Shown here piece after piece: positions 10,851 to 20,222 of a DNA stretch of 64,000 nt (its first letter is position 1; each line of letters opens with the position of its first letter). The stretch is from Bacteroidales bacterium. GTDB lineage: Bacteria; Bacteroidota; Bacteroidia; Bacteroidales; PUMT01. The position numbers were made by a program, and so were the translations under genes. The notes beneath the pieces were generated by a model that had not been told where the DNA came from, ran no database searches, and worked only from the letters and a program-made list of their open reading frames with translations. The DNA is taken from NCBI GenBank assembly GCA_007132225.1, contig SLPB01000045.1, positions 11,940 through 75,939 on the forward strand. The letters run 5' to 3'.

Positions 10851-12902
10851 TTGATGATCATGACCAAATACCGGGTTACAATACTGTTAATTTTAATTTT
10901 TAGTTACTTAAATATCTCAATGACCCAATCTCAGGAAGAAAATCGCAGCCTTTCGGCTGAAGTTTTATGGGAGATGAAAAGAGCAGGCTCTCCGGTTATA
11001 TCTCCCGGTGGACAATGGGTGGTCGCACCTGTTACAAGCTATACAGTTGATGATGATAAGAGCCATACCGACCTGTGGCTGTTCTCATCAGACGGTTCTG
11101 TCGAAAGACAACTGACCATGTCAGGTTTTGCCGACGGTCAGCCGGTATTCAGTCCGGATGGTTCAACAATGGCTTTTGTCAGCCGCCGCGATCAGGATGA
11201 TGCATTTCAGATCTACCTGCTTCCTTTAAAGGAGCCCGGCGAAGCTACCCGGCTGACTGAAATACCCACCGGGGTAAGCGCTCCGAAATGGGCAGATGGT
11301 TATATTTATTTCATAAGCAGCATATGGCCCGGGAAGAGCTGGGAAGAGATGAAAGAGATGGTTAAAGCAGAAAAGGATAAAAAATTATCGGCCCGAACCT
11401 GGAACAAACTTCCTTATTCTCACTGGGACCAGTGGATAGATGAGGAGAGGCAGGCGCATCTTTACAGGATACCCGCCTCAGGTGGCGAAGTGGAGCCAAT
11501 AACCCTTCCCACCGGATGGGAACTGCCCCGGTCCGCCCAGGGCCCTTCCAGCTATGATGTTGCATCCGACGGTTCCCTGGTGGCATTTTCATCCGACAGC
11601 AAAAAAGATGGTGTTGATCCGGAGCTGGATATTTTTCTGGTCAGTCCGGGCAGCACCGAAGTAATAAACATTACGGAAGAAAATATAGCAGCTGACGGCA
11701 ACCCCCTTTTTAGTCCCGACAGCCGCTACCTGGCATTTAACCAGCAGAGGATAAAAGGTTTTTATGCCGATACCAGGAGACTGATACTGCATGATCTGGA
11801 GAGCGGGCAACAGAGGGAGGTGACGGGAGACTGGGACAGGTCCGCCGACGGACTGGTATGGATGCCCGATGGATCAGGGTTGTATGGAGCCATTGATGAT
11901 GCCGGAACCAGGAGGATCTATCATATTGATATTTCGGATGGAACACCCAGGGCAGTGACGGGTGACACGGACTTTTCCGGACTCGATGTATCTGATAACG
12001 GAACACTGGTGTCATCCAACCAGAGCTTCATGTACCCTCCAAGAATAGTGGTTGTCGATCCCCAAAGCGGGGAAGTTAGAAGAATCGACACCATCAACGA
12101 TGATATTCTTGCCGGAACAGATATGGGAACCTATGAATCGGTGACCTATAAGGGGGCTGACGGACAGGATATACAGATGTGGGTGCACTATCCTCCGGGA
12201 TTTGATAAAAACAAACAATACCCACTGTTCCTGCTTATTCATGGAGGGCCCCACAGCGCTATAACCGACGGGTTCCATTTCCGCTGGAATGCACAAACCT
12301 TTGCTTCATGGGGTTATGTAACCGCATGGCATAATTTTCATGGCTCGTCGGGATTCGGCCAGGAATTTACCGATGCCATAAATCCGGACTGGATAACTAA
12401 GCCCTATACAGACACAAGAAATGCTGCAGAATGGTTTGCCCAAAAGCCCTGGATTGATGAAACGCGTATGGTCGCGGGTGGAGGCAGTTACGGCGGTTAC
12501 CTTTCAAGCATTCTTCTTGGCAGGGAACACCCTTTTAATGCACTTTTGATACATGCCCCGGTATATAATTTTTACAGCCAGATGGCAAGTGACTTTGCAG
12601 TGCATTCAACAAGGTTCGGCGATTATTGGGAAGATCCTGAAATTTACAGGAACCTTTCCCCGCACTATTACGCAGAGAACTTCGACACCCCTGCCCTGAT
12701 CATCCACGGCCAACAGGACCTCAGGGTGCCGGTGGGACAGGCATTTGAACTGTTCCGTACCCTGCAGCACCGCAGGGTGGATTCAAGGCTGATCTATTAC
12801 CCCGATGAGAACCACTGGATACTTAAACCTAACAATTCCATTTACTGGTACTCGCAGGTAAAGGAATGGATTGAAAAATATGCAGCCCCGGGAGGAAGAT
12901 GA
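10851..12902 (+). CDS. S9-family serine peptidase (prolyl oligopeptidase / acylaminoacyl-peptidase type) with an N-terminal beta-propeller; secreted
   Basis: It has a signal-like N-terminus and propeller repeats (FSPDGS.. x3). The C-terminal alpha/beta hydrolase has the nucleophile motif GGSYGGY and the HGxxD (IIHGQQDLRV) and H (DENHWI) triad regions. The true start is probably ATG 10854 or 10860. Confidence 0.9.
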   Translation: MMIMTKYRVTILLILIFSYLNISMTQSQEENRSLSAEVLWEMKRAGSPVISPGGQWVVAPVTSYTVDDDKSHTDLWLFSSDGSVERQLTMSGFADGQPVFSPDGSTMAFVSRRDQDDAFQIYLLPLKEPGEATRLTEIPTGVSAPKWADGYIYFISSIWPGKSWEEMKEMVKAEKDKKLSARTWNKLPYSHWDQWIDEERQAHLYRIPASGGEVEPITLPTGWELPRSAQGPSSYDVASDGSLVAFSSDSKKDGVDPELDIFLVSPGSTEVINITEENIAADGNPLFSPDSRYLAFNQQRIKGFYADTRRLILHDLESGQQREVTGDWDRSADGLVWMPDGSGLYGAIDDAGTRRIYHIDISDGTPRAVTGDTDFSGLDVSDNGTLVSSNQSFMYPPRIVVVDPQSGEVRRIDTINDDILAGTDMGTYESVTYKGADGQDIQMWVHYPPGFDKNKQYPLFLLIHGGPHSAITDGFHFRWNAQTFASWGYVTAWHNFHGSSGFGQEFTDAINPDWITKPYTDTRNAAEWFAQKPWIDETRMVAGGGSYGGYLSSILLGREHPFNALLIHAPVYNFYSQMASDFAVHSTRFGDYWEDPEIYRNLSPHYYAENFDTPALIIHGQQDLRVPVGQAFELFRTLQHRRVDSRLIYYPDENHWILKPNNSIYWYSQVKEWIEKYAAPGGR

Positions 12903-12985
12903 ATTAAAAAGAGCAAAGTTTACATGGGGTCAATGAGCGTTTTTTTTACAAGGACAAATATGAGGGCGGACATTATGGACCGGCA

Positions 12986-14869
12986 CTAATTAAATTTTTT
13001 GCGCTGTATCCTGATGGCGTTAAAGATGGCAGCAAGGGCAACGCCCATGTCGGCAAATACCGCTTCCCACATACCGGCAATACCCATTGCCCCCAGTCCC
13101 AGAAACAACGCCTTGATAACAAAGACCAGCCATATATTCTGCCACACTATACGGCTGGTTTCACGGGAAACCTGAACCGCCGTGGCAATCCTTGAAGGCT
13201 GGTCTGTCTGTATCACCACGTCGGCCGTTTCAATTGCCAAATCGCTCCCCATGGCTCCCATGGCAATGCCGACATCGGCTTCCGCTATGGAAGGTGCATC
13301 ATTAACCCCGTCACCGGCAAAGGCAACAACGCCTTCGTTTCGACTGACATATTCCTTGACTATTCCGGCTTTTTCTTCGGGCAGGAGGTCTCCGTGTGCA
13401 TGGTCAATACTGAGCTCAGATGCAATTGCCAAGGTAATTGTGTCCTTGTCCCCCGACAAAATGGAGATATCTTTCACTCCTAATCTGCGGAGCTTTTCAA
13501 TAGCTTGCCTGCTGTCTTCCTTTATCTCATCGGCAAGCACAAAATATCCTGCATAACGATTATCAACAGCAACATGAATGCAGGTAAAAGGAATAGATCC
13601 TGTTTCGGGAAGAACCCTGACTTTGTTCTTATCCATCAATTTATTATTACCTGCAAGCAACTTATGTCCGTTAACCGTACCCGTTATGCCCATGGCTGAA
13701 TGCTCTCTCACCTCTCCGGTGCGGGCATCACCGGAATTAATACCTGTGTAATCAACTATAGCTCTTGCTACCGGATGGTTCGAATGGCTTTCAAGAGCCG
13801 CGACCAGTTTAAGAAGCTCTTCCCGGTCAAATTCAACGGGTTTAAATTTCCTTACAGAGAAAGTACCCCTGGTGAGAGTCCCGGTTTTATCTATCAGTAT
13901 TGAATGCAGGTTCCTGAGCCTGTCGAGATAATCAGCGCCCTTGAAAAGGATCCCGTTCTTTGAAGCCGCACCAATGCCTCCGAAATAACCAAGCGGAATT
14001 GATATGTAAAGTGCACAGGGACATGCTATTACCAAAAAAACAAAAGCCCTGTAAACCCACTCTTCAAATTGGTAAACCTCAACAAAAATCCAGGGCAGAA
14101 ATGTAACCATCAGTGCCATTGCCATTACCCCTGGAGTATAATACCTGGCAAACCTGCGCATAAACCTTTCTGTGGGAGCTTTTCTCTGGTTTGCCTTCTC
14201 AACCATGTCAAGTATCCTGGAAAGGGAGCTGTTGCTGAAAGTGGCAGTAACCTCTGCTTCTACAACACCTTCGAGGTTTATCGAACCGGCAAGGACTTTT
14301 TCTCCCCTGTAAACAGAAGTTGGCTTGCTTTCTCCGGTAATTGCCGATGTATTGAGTATTGCCCTGTCCGAATTAAGCTCCCCGTCCAGAGGTATTTTCT
14401 CTCCCTGTTTAATGAGCAGGCTCTCCCCCGGCAAAACCTCTTCAGGTTTTACCACAATCCATTGGTTTTCCCGTCTGACAGTAGCCTGGGCCGGCCGGAC
14501 ATCCAGCAACGCTTTGATATTTCCCCTGGCCCGGCTGACTGCATTCTCCTGGAAAAGCTCACCAACTTCATAGAAAAGCATTACCGCAACCGCCTCGGCA
14601 TATTCTCCTATAATAAAAGCACCAAGAGTTGCAACCGACATCAAAAAAAATTCGTTGGCAAAATCCAGTCTGGCCAGTTCCCTTCCGGCCCTTAACAATA
14701 CAGGCCCTCCCACCAGCATATATGCAAATGCATACCAGTACAAAGGAATAATACCGGTAAAAAACCCGGCTCCGGAGAAACTCATTGCAAGGCCGCCAAT
14801 CAGCATAACCCCGCTGATAACTGCAGGTACATATTGCCTTTTGAATAGCATAATCAAAAATTTACTCAA
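12986..14869 (-). CDS. P1B-type heavy-metal ATPase, Zn/Cd/Pb-like (P1B-2), without an N-terminal metal-binding domain
   Basis: 627 aa. Motifs: CPC in the TM segment (VIACPCALYISIP), DKTGTLT, SNHPVARAI, GDGVNDAP, and a C-terminal TM motif FADMGVAL with the Asp typical of ZntA/CadA-type pumps. Confidence 0.88.
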   Translation of the reverse strand: MSKFLIMLFKRQYVPAVISGVMLIGGLAMSFSGAGFFTGIIPLYWYAFAYMLVGGPVLLRAGRELARLDFANEFFLMSVATLGAFIIGEYAEAVAVMLFYEVGELFQENAVSRARGNIKALLDVRPAQATVRRENQWIVVKPEEVLPGESLLIKQGEKIPLDGELNSDRAILNTSAITGESKPTSVYRGEKVLAGSINLEGVVEAEVTATFSNSSLSRILDMVEKANQRKAPTERFMRRFARYYTPGVMAMALMVTFLPWIFVEVYQFEEWVYRAFVFLVIACPCALYISIPLGYFGGIGAASKNGILFKGADYLDRLRNLHSILIDKTGTLTRGTFSVRKFKPVEFDREELLKLVAALESHSNHPVARAIVDYTGINSGDARTGEVREHSAMGITGTVNGHKLLAGNNKLMDKNKVRVLPETGSIPFTCIHVAVDNRYAGYFVLADEIKEDSRQAIEKLRRLGVKDISILSGDKDTITLAIASELSIDHAHGDLLPEEKAGIVKEYVSRNEGVVAFAGDGVNDAPSIAEADVGIAMGAMGSDLAIETADVVIQTDQPSRIATAVQVSRETSRIVWQNIWLVFVIKALFLGLGAMGIAGMWEAVFADMGVALAAIFNAIRIQRKKFN

Positions 14870-14906
14870 AATAACAGAAAAATAAATATTAGTACATATA
14901 ATTAGT

Positions 14907-14914
14907 TATATTTG
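14907..14914 (+). promoter_or_regulatory. Candidate Bacteroidota -7 promoter box (TATATTTG matches TAnnTTTG) upstream of the Cys-rich leader ORF
   Basis: It matches the TAnnTTTG consensus exactly and lies 22 nt before the mini-ORF ATG. I saw no clear -33 TTTG. Confidence 0.35.
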
Positions 14915-14935
14915 TTCAATCAATCAGGAACCATA

Positions 14936-15022
14936 ATGCTCAATTACGCCCAAGTTCTTTGTATCTGTTGCTGCGAATCGACTACTTCAAGCTGTCGGGA
15001 GGGTTTTGTTTTATTCAGGTAA
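14936..15022 (+). CDS. Candidate leader peptide, 28 codons: MLNYAQVLCICCCESTTSSCREGFVLFR (5 Cys, 3 consecutive)
   Basis: ATG at 14936 and TAA at 15020. Cys codons are at 14960-62, 14966-74 (TGT TGC TGC) and 14993-95. It is followed by a terminator hairpin and then the mccA-like gene. It is too short to appear in the supplied ORF track. Confidence 0.45.
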   Translation: MLNYAQVLCICCCESTTSSCREGFVLFR

Positions 15023-15048
15023 CAGTTCAAATATTATACAAATCCTTT

Positions 15049-15079
15049 AAAGCCCTTCAGCCAACTGCAGGGCTTTTTT
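15049..15079 (+). terminator. Intrinsic terminator/attenuator 15 nt upstream of the mccA-like start codon
   Basis: 12-bp stem AAAGCCCTTCAG (15049-60) / CTGCAGGGCTTT (15065-76) with one mismatch and loop CCAA. The T-run at 15074-15079 continues from the 3' arm of the stem. No + strand gene lies upstream except the mini-ORF, so it is positioned as a cis-regulatory attenuator. Confidence 0.65.
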
Positions 15080-15093
15080 AATACTATAATTCT

Positions 15094-16068
15094 ATGCAAA
15101 ATTCAGTTTTAGATTTAATAGGGAACACCCCAATGGTAAAACTATCCCAATTTGATACAGGAGCCTGCAATCTTTTCCTGAAGCTGGAAGACAGAAATCC
15201 TGGTGGATCTGTAAAAGACAGGATAGCTCTTTCAATGATAAATCACGCCGAAAAAAATGGTCTGATCCGGCCGGGCTCTTTACTTGTTGAAGCAACGGCA
15301 GGAAACACAGGTCTGGGACTGGCCCTGGTTGCTGCAATAAAAGGATACAGGTTGCTGCTGGTTATTCCCGATAAAATGAGTAAAGAAAAAATACTTCATC
15401 TGAAGGCAATGGGAGCAGAAGTAAAGATAACCCGCTCTGATGTGAATAAAGGACATCCGGAATACTATCAGGATATGGCAGAGAAAATTGCCATGGATAC
15501 CAGTAATTCCTATTATGTAAATCAGTTTGAAAACCCAGCAAATCCCCTGGCACATGAGAAAACAACCGGTCCGGAAATTTTCCGGCAAATGGATGGCAAG
15601 GTAGATGCGATAATCTGCGGAATCGGCTCTTCCGGCACGCTAACCGGACTGACCCATTATTTTCAAGGGGTCAAACCAGATGTGGAAATGATAATAGCAG
15701 ATCCGGAAGGTTCTGTAATAAAAGACTATGTAACCACAGGAAGTTTTGGGAGGGCCGGTTCATGGATGGTGGAGGGAATAGGAGAAGATTTCATACCCAC
15801 TATTGCAGATTTTTCCCTGGCCAAAACAGCATACACTGTAAGTGACCAGGATAGTTTTACTACAGCCCGGGAATTATTGAGAAAAGAAGGCATCCTTGCC
15901 GGTTCTTCAACAGGAACGCTCCTTGCTGCAGCATTGAGGTATTGCCGTGAACAAAGAGCACCAAAGAATGTTGTTAGTTTTGTATGCGATACAGGTAATA
16001 AATACCTTGCCAAAATGTTTGACGATTCCTGGTTAAAGGCAAAAGGATTAAGTACTGATATTAGGTAA
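15094..16068 (+). CDS. PLP-dependent cysteine synthase / cystathionine beta-synthase family enzyme (MccA/CysK-like, no CBS domains)
   Basis: 324 aa. It has the PLP-Lys motif KLEDRNPGGSVKDR, the ATAGNTGLGLA loop and the GIGSSGTLTG phosphate-binding loop. It is paired with a cystathionine gamma-lyase gene. Confidence 0.88.
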   Translation: MQNSVLDLIGNTPMVKLSQFDTGACNLFLKLEDRNPGGSVKDRIALSMINHAEKNGLIRPGSLLVEATAGNTGLGLALVAAIKGYRLLLVIPDKMSKEKILHLKAMGAEVKITRSDVNKGHPEYYQDMAEKIAMDTSNSYYVNQFENPANPLAHEKTTGPEIFRQMDGKVDAIICGIGSSGTLTGLTHYFQGVKPDVEMIIADPEGSVIKDYVTTGSFGRAGSWMVEGIGEDFIPTIADFSLAKTAYTVSDQDSFTTARELLRKEGILAGSSTGTLLAAALRYCREQRAPKNVVSFVCDTGNKYLAKMFDDSWLKAKGLSTDIR

Positions 16069-16166
16069 TAGTGAATTAAAAAGACATAAAAATTTTAATG
16101 CTTAGCTAATACAGTATAACAAAATATTATAATCCAAAAACAAATTAACCCATAAATACCTATACC

Positions 16167-17303
16167 ATGCAATTTAAAACCAAGGTTATACATGCAGCCC
16201 AACAGGCCGATATTAGTACAGGGTCCGTTGTAACTCCCTTACACCTTACTTCAACATACAGGCAGGAAGAAGTAGGTATTCATAAAGGTTTCGAATACAG
16301 CCGCACCGGTAATCCTACACGGAAAGTCCTGGAAAACTGCCTGGCTGAACTGGAAAGTGGTAATTTCGGCCTTGCCTTTGCTTCAGGAATGGCAGCCGAG
16401 CATGCAGTTATATCTACCCTCAGCCCCGGAGATCATATCGTTGCATGCGGTGATATGTACGGTGGGACCTACAGGTTATTTGAAGAAGTTTTTAAACCAC
16501 TGGGCATGAAATTTAGTTATGTTGGATGGGAAGCCGGAGAATTTGAACAGGCAGTGAAAAAAAACACAAAGCTTTTCTGGATCGAATCGCCTACCAATCC
16601 GTTAATAAGGCTGATAGATATCAGGGCTGTATCAGATATTGCAAAAAGAAACCAGATAAAGCTTGTAATGGATAATACCTTTGCAACTCCCACTTTCCAG
16701 CAGCCTTTGCTGATGGGAGCCGACCTGGTGGTACACAGTGCTACAAAATACATCGGAGGCCATTCCGATCTGATCGGAGGAGCTTTGGTAGTAAATGACG
16801 AAGACTGGTACAACAAATTGAAATTCCTGCAGAATTCTGTTGGGGCCATTCCCGGGGCTTTCGACAGCTGGCTGATGCTCAGGGGAATAAAAACCCTGGC
16901 AATCCGTATGAAGCAGCATGCGGAAAATGCCCTGGAAATAGCAACATTCCTCGAAGATCATCCCGTGGTTTCCGAAGTTTATTATCCCGGTCTTAATACA
17001 AGTCCTTACTATGAACTGGCAAACAGGCAAATGACCGGATTTGGAGGCATGGTTTCATTTAAACTTAAAGACGGCAACCTGGAAACAGCAAACAGATTCT
17101 TCAAAAAGCTTAAAATCATAACTCTCGCAGAAAGCCTGGGGGGTATTGAATCGCTGATAAATTATCCCGCTGTTATGACTCACGGATCCATTCCGGAAAA
17201 GCAGAGAATGGAAATAGGTATTACAAATGATCTTATAAGGTTATCGGTGGGCATTGAAGATGCAGGTGACCTGATTGATGATTTATCAGGTGCACTCTCG
17301 TAA
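16167..17303 (+). CDS. Cystathionine gamma-lyase / gamma-synthase family PLP enzyme (MccB/MetB/MetC-like)
   Basis: 378 aa. It carries the Cys/Met-metabolism PLP family motifs YSRTGNPT and the PLP-Lys region VVHSATKYIGGHSD. Confidence 0.9.
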   Translation: MQFKTKVIHAAQQADISTGSVVTPLHLTSTYRQEEVGIHKGFEYSRTGNPTRKVLENCLAELESGNFGLAFASGMAAEHAVISTLSPGDHIVACGDMYGGTYRLFEEVFKPLGMKFSYVGWEAGEFEQAVKKNTKLFWIESPTNPLIRLIDIRAVSDIAKRNQIKLVMDNTFATPTFQQPLLMGADLVVHSATKYIGGHSDLIGGALVVNDEDWYNKLKFLQNSVGAIPGAFDSWLMLRGIKTLAIRMKQHAENALEIATFLEDHPVVSEVYYPGLNTSPYYELANRQMTGFGGMVSFKLKDGNLETANRFFKKLKIITLAESLGGIESLINYPAVMTHGSIPEKQRMEIGITNDLIRLSVGIEDAGDLIDDLSGALS

Positions 17304-17347
17304 GAATTGTTAGTTAAACTATAACAGCCAGAGCTTTTCTGTTATGT

Positions 17348-17374
17348 AAGATCAGAAGAATCAGGATCTTTTTC
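17348..17374 (+). terminator. Weak candidate terminator after the gamma-lyase gene
   Basis: 6-bp stem AAGATC (17348-53) / GATCTT (17365-70) with an 11-nt loop, followed by TTTC. The stem is short, so confidence is low. Confidence 0.3.
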
Positions 17375-17422
17375 GCCCTGTTTTTCCGGTCTGTTGAGAA
17401 ACCGTAACCCTGAATAAAAGGG

Positions 17423-18019
17423 TTATTGAGTATAAACCATCCTGAATTCTACCGTAACTTCATCATGAGTGCGGATCGTGCCGAACATCAGTGTAGGGGG
17501 ATCAATATCAAAATCCGTCATTTGCAGATCTTTGGTTCCCGCACAAACAATTTCATCGGCACCGTTTATACATGTAGCTTCAACACTGATACGGCGGGTT
17601 ACACCGGATATGGTTAAATCACCTGTGGCTGTAACTTCATATTCATCTCCGTTTCTTTGAATAGTCCCGTTATCATTACTGCGAAATGTAATCTCGGGAT
17701 GGTTCTCAGCGTCCATTTCCTCGTGAGCCATTCTCTGAAGCCTGGATCTTTCACTTTCCAGAGTTGTTTTTTCAAGGATAAAAATAACTGATTCCAGCGA
17801 CTCAAGAGTCTCTCCGTTACCGGTAGAAAAGACAGCTTCACTCATTAACGTTTCGGAATGAAGTTCCCAGTCGTGCAGGGAAGATGTTCCAATTACAGTT
17901 ATATGAGAATCGCCGGTAGAAGTGTATGTAAGTGACTGAGTCATGGTATCAGGAATAACCAATATCCATGCTAAAATCATAATAAACAGTAATTTCTTGT
18001 TTTTCATAATTTTTTTCAT
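17423..18019 (-). CDS. Secreted YceI-like (lipocalin-fold, polyisoprenoid-binding family) protein, paralogue 1
   Basis: It has the signal peptide MKKIMKNKKLLFIMILAWILV. It is clearly paralogous by eye (extent not computed) to the 22343-22930 product: shared HDWE, HPEITFR, ATC-x8/9-C and DPP motifs. The track ORF extends to 18070, but 18019 or 18007 give a canonical signal peptide. Confidence 0.7.
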   Translation of the reverse strand: MKKIMKNKKLLFIMILAWILVIPDTMTQSLTYTSTGDSHITVIGTSSLHDWELHSETLMSEAVFSTGNGETLESLESVIFILEKTTLESERSRLQRMAHEEMDAENHPEITFRSNDNGTIQRNGDEYEVTATGDLTISGVTRRISVEATCINGADEIVCAGTKDLQMTDFDIDPPTLMFGTIRTHDEVTVEFRMVYTQ

Positions 18020-18108
18020 AATTTTTGAATTATTAACAACAACCATTACTATTAAAAACCAGGATGTCAACTTTGTTACATTGGGCTTTAATTAATCCAA
18101 TCACCATA

Positions 18109-20199
18109 TTACTTGTTTACATTCATTTTCGATTTTAAAAATTGCGCATTAATAGCTACAATCACTGTGCTGGCACTCATTAATATAGCTCCCACTGCGG
18201 GACTGATCAGGATGCCGGCAGTATATAAAACACCTGCAGCAAGTGGTATTGCCACTACATTATAACCGGTTGCCCAGATAAAATTCTGGATCATTTTCCT
18301 GTATGTAGCTTTACCGAAAAGGATCAGCGAAGCAATATCATTTGGATTGCTGTTCACCAGGATAATATCGGCCGTTTCTGCTGCAACATCCGTTCCGGAA
18401 CCCACTGCAATGCCAACATCGGCGGCAGCCAGTGCAGGTGCATCGTTAATCCCATCACCGGTCATGGCTACAAATTCCCCTTGTTGCTGAAATTCTTTCA
18501 ATTTTTCCAGTTTCTGATCCGGCAGAATTTCTGCAAAATAACCGTCCAGTCCAAGTTCATCACTAACACTTTTTGCCACCCTTTCATTATCCCCGGTAAT
18601 CATATATAGCTTCATGCCGCTATTCTTCAATGTTTTGACCGCCTCATAGGATTCTTCACGGATTTCATCTGCCATGGCAATAAAGCCCGCCAGCTTATCA
18701 TCTTCCATTACGAAAACCACCGTTTCAGCCTCATTTTTGTATGCTTTATCGGGTATTTCGATGTTTTTTTCCTTAACAAAATCAGGACTAACCACTTTAA
18801 TCTTTTTGCCATTAACATCGGCTTCAATTCCTTTACCGGAAATGGCATTAAAATTTTGCGCTTCGTCAGTTTGTATATCCTCATCCTTTACTTTCTTCAT
18901 TATACCTGCTGCCAAAGGATGTTCAGATTTTCCCTCGAGTGACCCGGCCAACCGCAATATTTGCGTGTCATCAAAATCCTCATTTAATGACCCATAACGG
19001 GTAACTCCAAAGTTTCCTTTGGTAAGGGTACCTGTTTTGTCAAATACCAGAACGGATATTTTTCTTGAATTTTCAAAGGCAGTCCGGTTTCTGATAAGCA
19101 AACCGTTTTGTGCCGCCATGGAAGTGGAAATTGCTACCACCAAAGGTACGGCAAGTCCCAGGGCATGGGGACAGGTGATTACCATTACCGTGGCCATTCG
19201 CTCCAATGCAAAAACAAAAGGCTGACCCACAATTAACCAGGTGGCAAGAGTTCCAAAGCCTACCGTAAGGGCAATAATGGTAAGCCAAAAAGCAATACGG
19301 TCGGCAAGATTTTGAGTTTTGGATTTTTTACTTTGTGCATCCTTCACCATGTTGATAACCTTGCTTAAATATGCATCTTCACCCGTTTCACCAACACGTA
19401 CTTTTAGCGAGCCGTTACCGTTTACAGTTCCCCCGATCACTTTATCATCTTTTGATTTTTTAACCGGTTGGGATTCACCGGTGACCATGGACTGGTTTAT
19501 ATTGCTCTCGCCTTCGGTAATTTCACCGTCAACCGGTATTTTTTCGCCGGGGCGGACTAATACCAGGTCGTCTTTATTAAGCTGGTCGACTTTAATATCC
19601 CTGGTTTCGCCATCTTTTAAGAGGTGCGCCTCGGATGGCATCAATTCAACCAGTTGCTGCAAAGACCGTGAGGCGCCAAGCACCGATTTCATTTCAATCC
19701 AGTGGCCAAGCAACATTATATCTATAAGAGTGGCAAGTTCCCAGAAAAAGGTACTGCCCTCCACCCCGAAAGTGGTTGCAGTGCTGTAACCCCAGGCCAC
19801 GGTTATGGCGACCGCTATCAGGGTCATCATTCCCGGTTGCCTGTTTTTCAGCTCATCGGCCAATCCACTCAGAAAAGGCCATCCACCATAGAAATAAACA
19901 ACCGTTGAAAGGGAAAAAAGGATGTATTTATCAACATTCGGGAACAGTACAAATTCAAATCCCAGCAGTCCCTGAAGCATGGGGGATAACAGCAGGATCG
20001 GTATGGTAATAATAAGGGAAACCCAGAAACGTTTCCGGAAATCCCTTATCATCATTTCATGATGACCGGTATGATCATGTGAGCCGTGATCATGGCCATC
20101 GTCATGTTTATCATGTTGTTCATGATTGTTCTGATTCGCCTTATGATCATTATGGTCATGTTCATTTTTATGGTTATTATGATCATGCGTTTTGCTCAT
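18109..20199 (-). CDS. copB: CopB-type (P1B-3) copper-translocating P-type ATPase with a His-rich N-terminus
   Basis: 696 aa. About 19 His fall in the first 50 aa (HDHNNHKNEHDHNDH...GHDHGSHDHTGHH). It has a CPH motif in the TM segment (ITCPHALGLAVP), plus DKTGTLT, SEHPLA and GDGINDAP. Confidence 0.9.
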   Translation of the reverse strand: MSKTHDHNNHKNEHDHNDHKANQNNHEQHDKHDDGHDHGSHDHTGHHEMMIRDFRKRFWVSLIITIPILLLSPMLQGLLGFEFVLFPNVDKYILFSLSTVVYFYGGWPFLSGLADELKNRQPGMMTLIAVAITVAWGYSTATTFGVEGSTFFWELATLIDIMLLGHWIEMKSVLGASRSLQQLVELMPSEAHLLKDGETRDIKVDQLNKDDLVLVRPGEKIPVDGEITEGESNINQSMVTGESQPVKKSKDDKVIGGTVNGNGSLKVRVGETGEDAYLSKVINMVKDAQSKKSKTQNLADRIAFWLTIIALTVGFGTLATWLIVGQPFVFALERMATVMVITCPHALGLAVPLVVAISTSMAAQNGLLIRNRTAFENSRKISVLVFDKTGTLTKGNFGVTRYGSLNEDFDDTQILRLAGSLEGKSEHPLAAGIMKKVKDEDIQTDEAQNFNAISGKGIEADVNGKKIKVVSPDFVKEKNIEIPDKAYKNEAETVVFVMEDDKLAGFIAMADEIREESYEAVKTLKNSGMKLYMITGDNERVAKSVSDELGLDGYFAEILPDQKLEKLKEFQQQGEFVAMTGDGINDAPALAAADVGIAVGSGTDVAAETADIILVNSNPNDIASLILFGKATYRKMIQNFIWATGYNVVAIPLAAGVLYTAGILISPAVGAILMSASTVIVAINAQFLKSKMNVNK

Positions 20200-20222
20200 A
20201 AGCAGCTCTCATTAAATGGTCA

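Noticed and set aside
14870-15093. Possible SAM, SAH or T-box type riboswitch upstream of the sulfur-metabolism genes.
   Set aside because: I could not find the conserved cores of SAM-I (GAGGGA...GCAACC) or the T-box (AGGGUGGNACCGCG-type sequence), nor other sulfur riboswitch signatures I know. The Cys-rich mini-ORF plus terminator is the more economical reading. An Infernal/Rfam scan is still needed.
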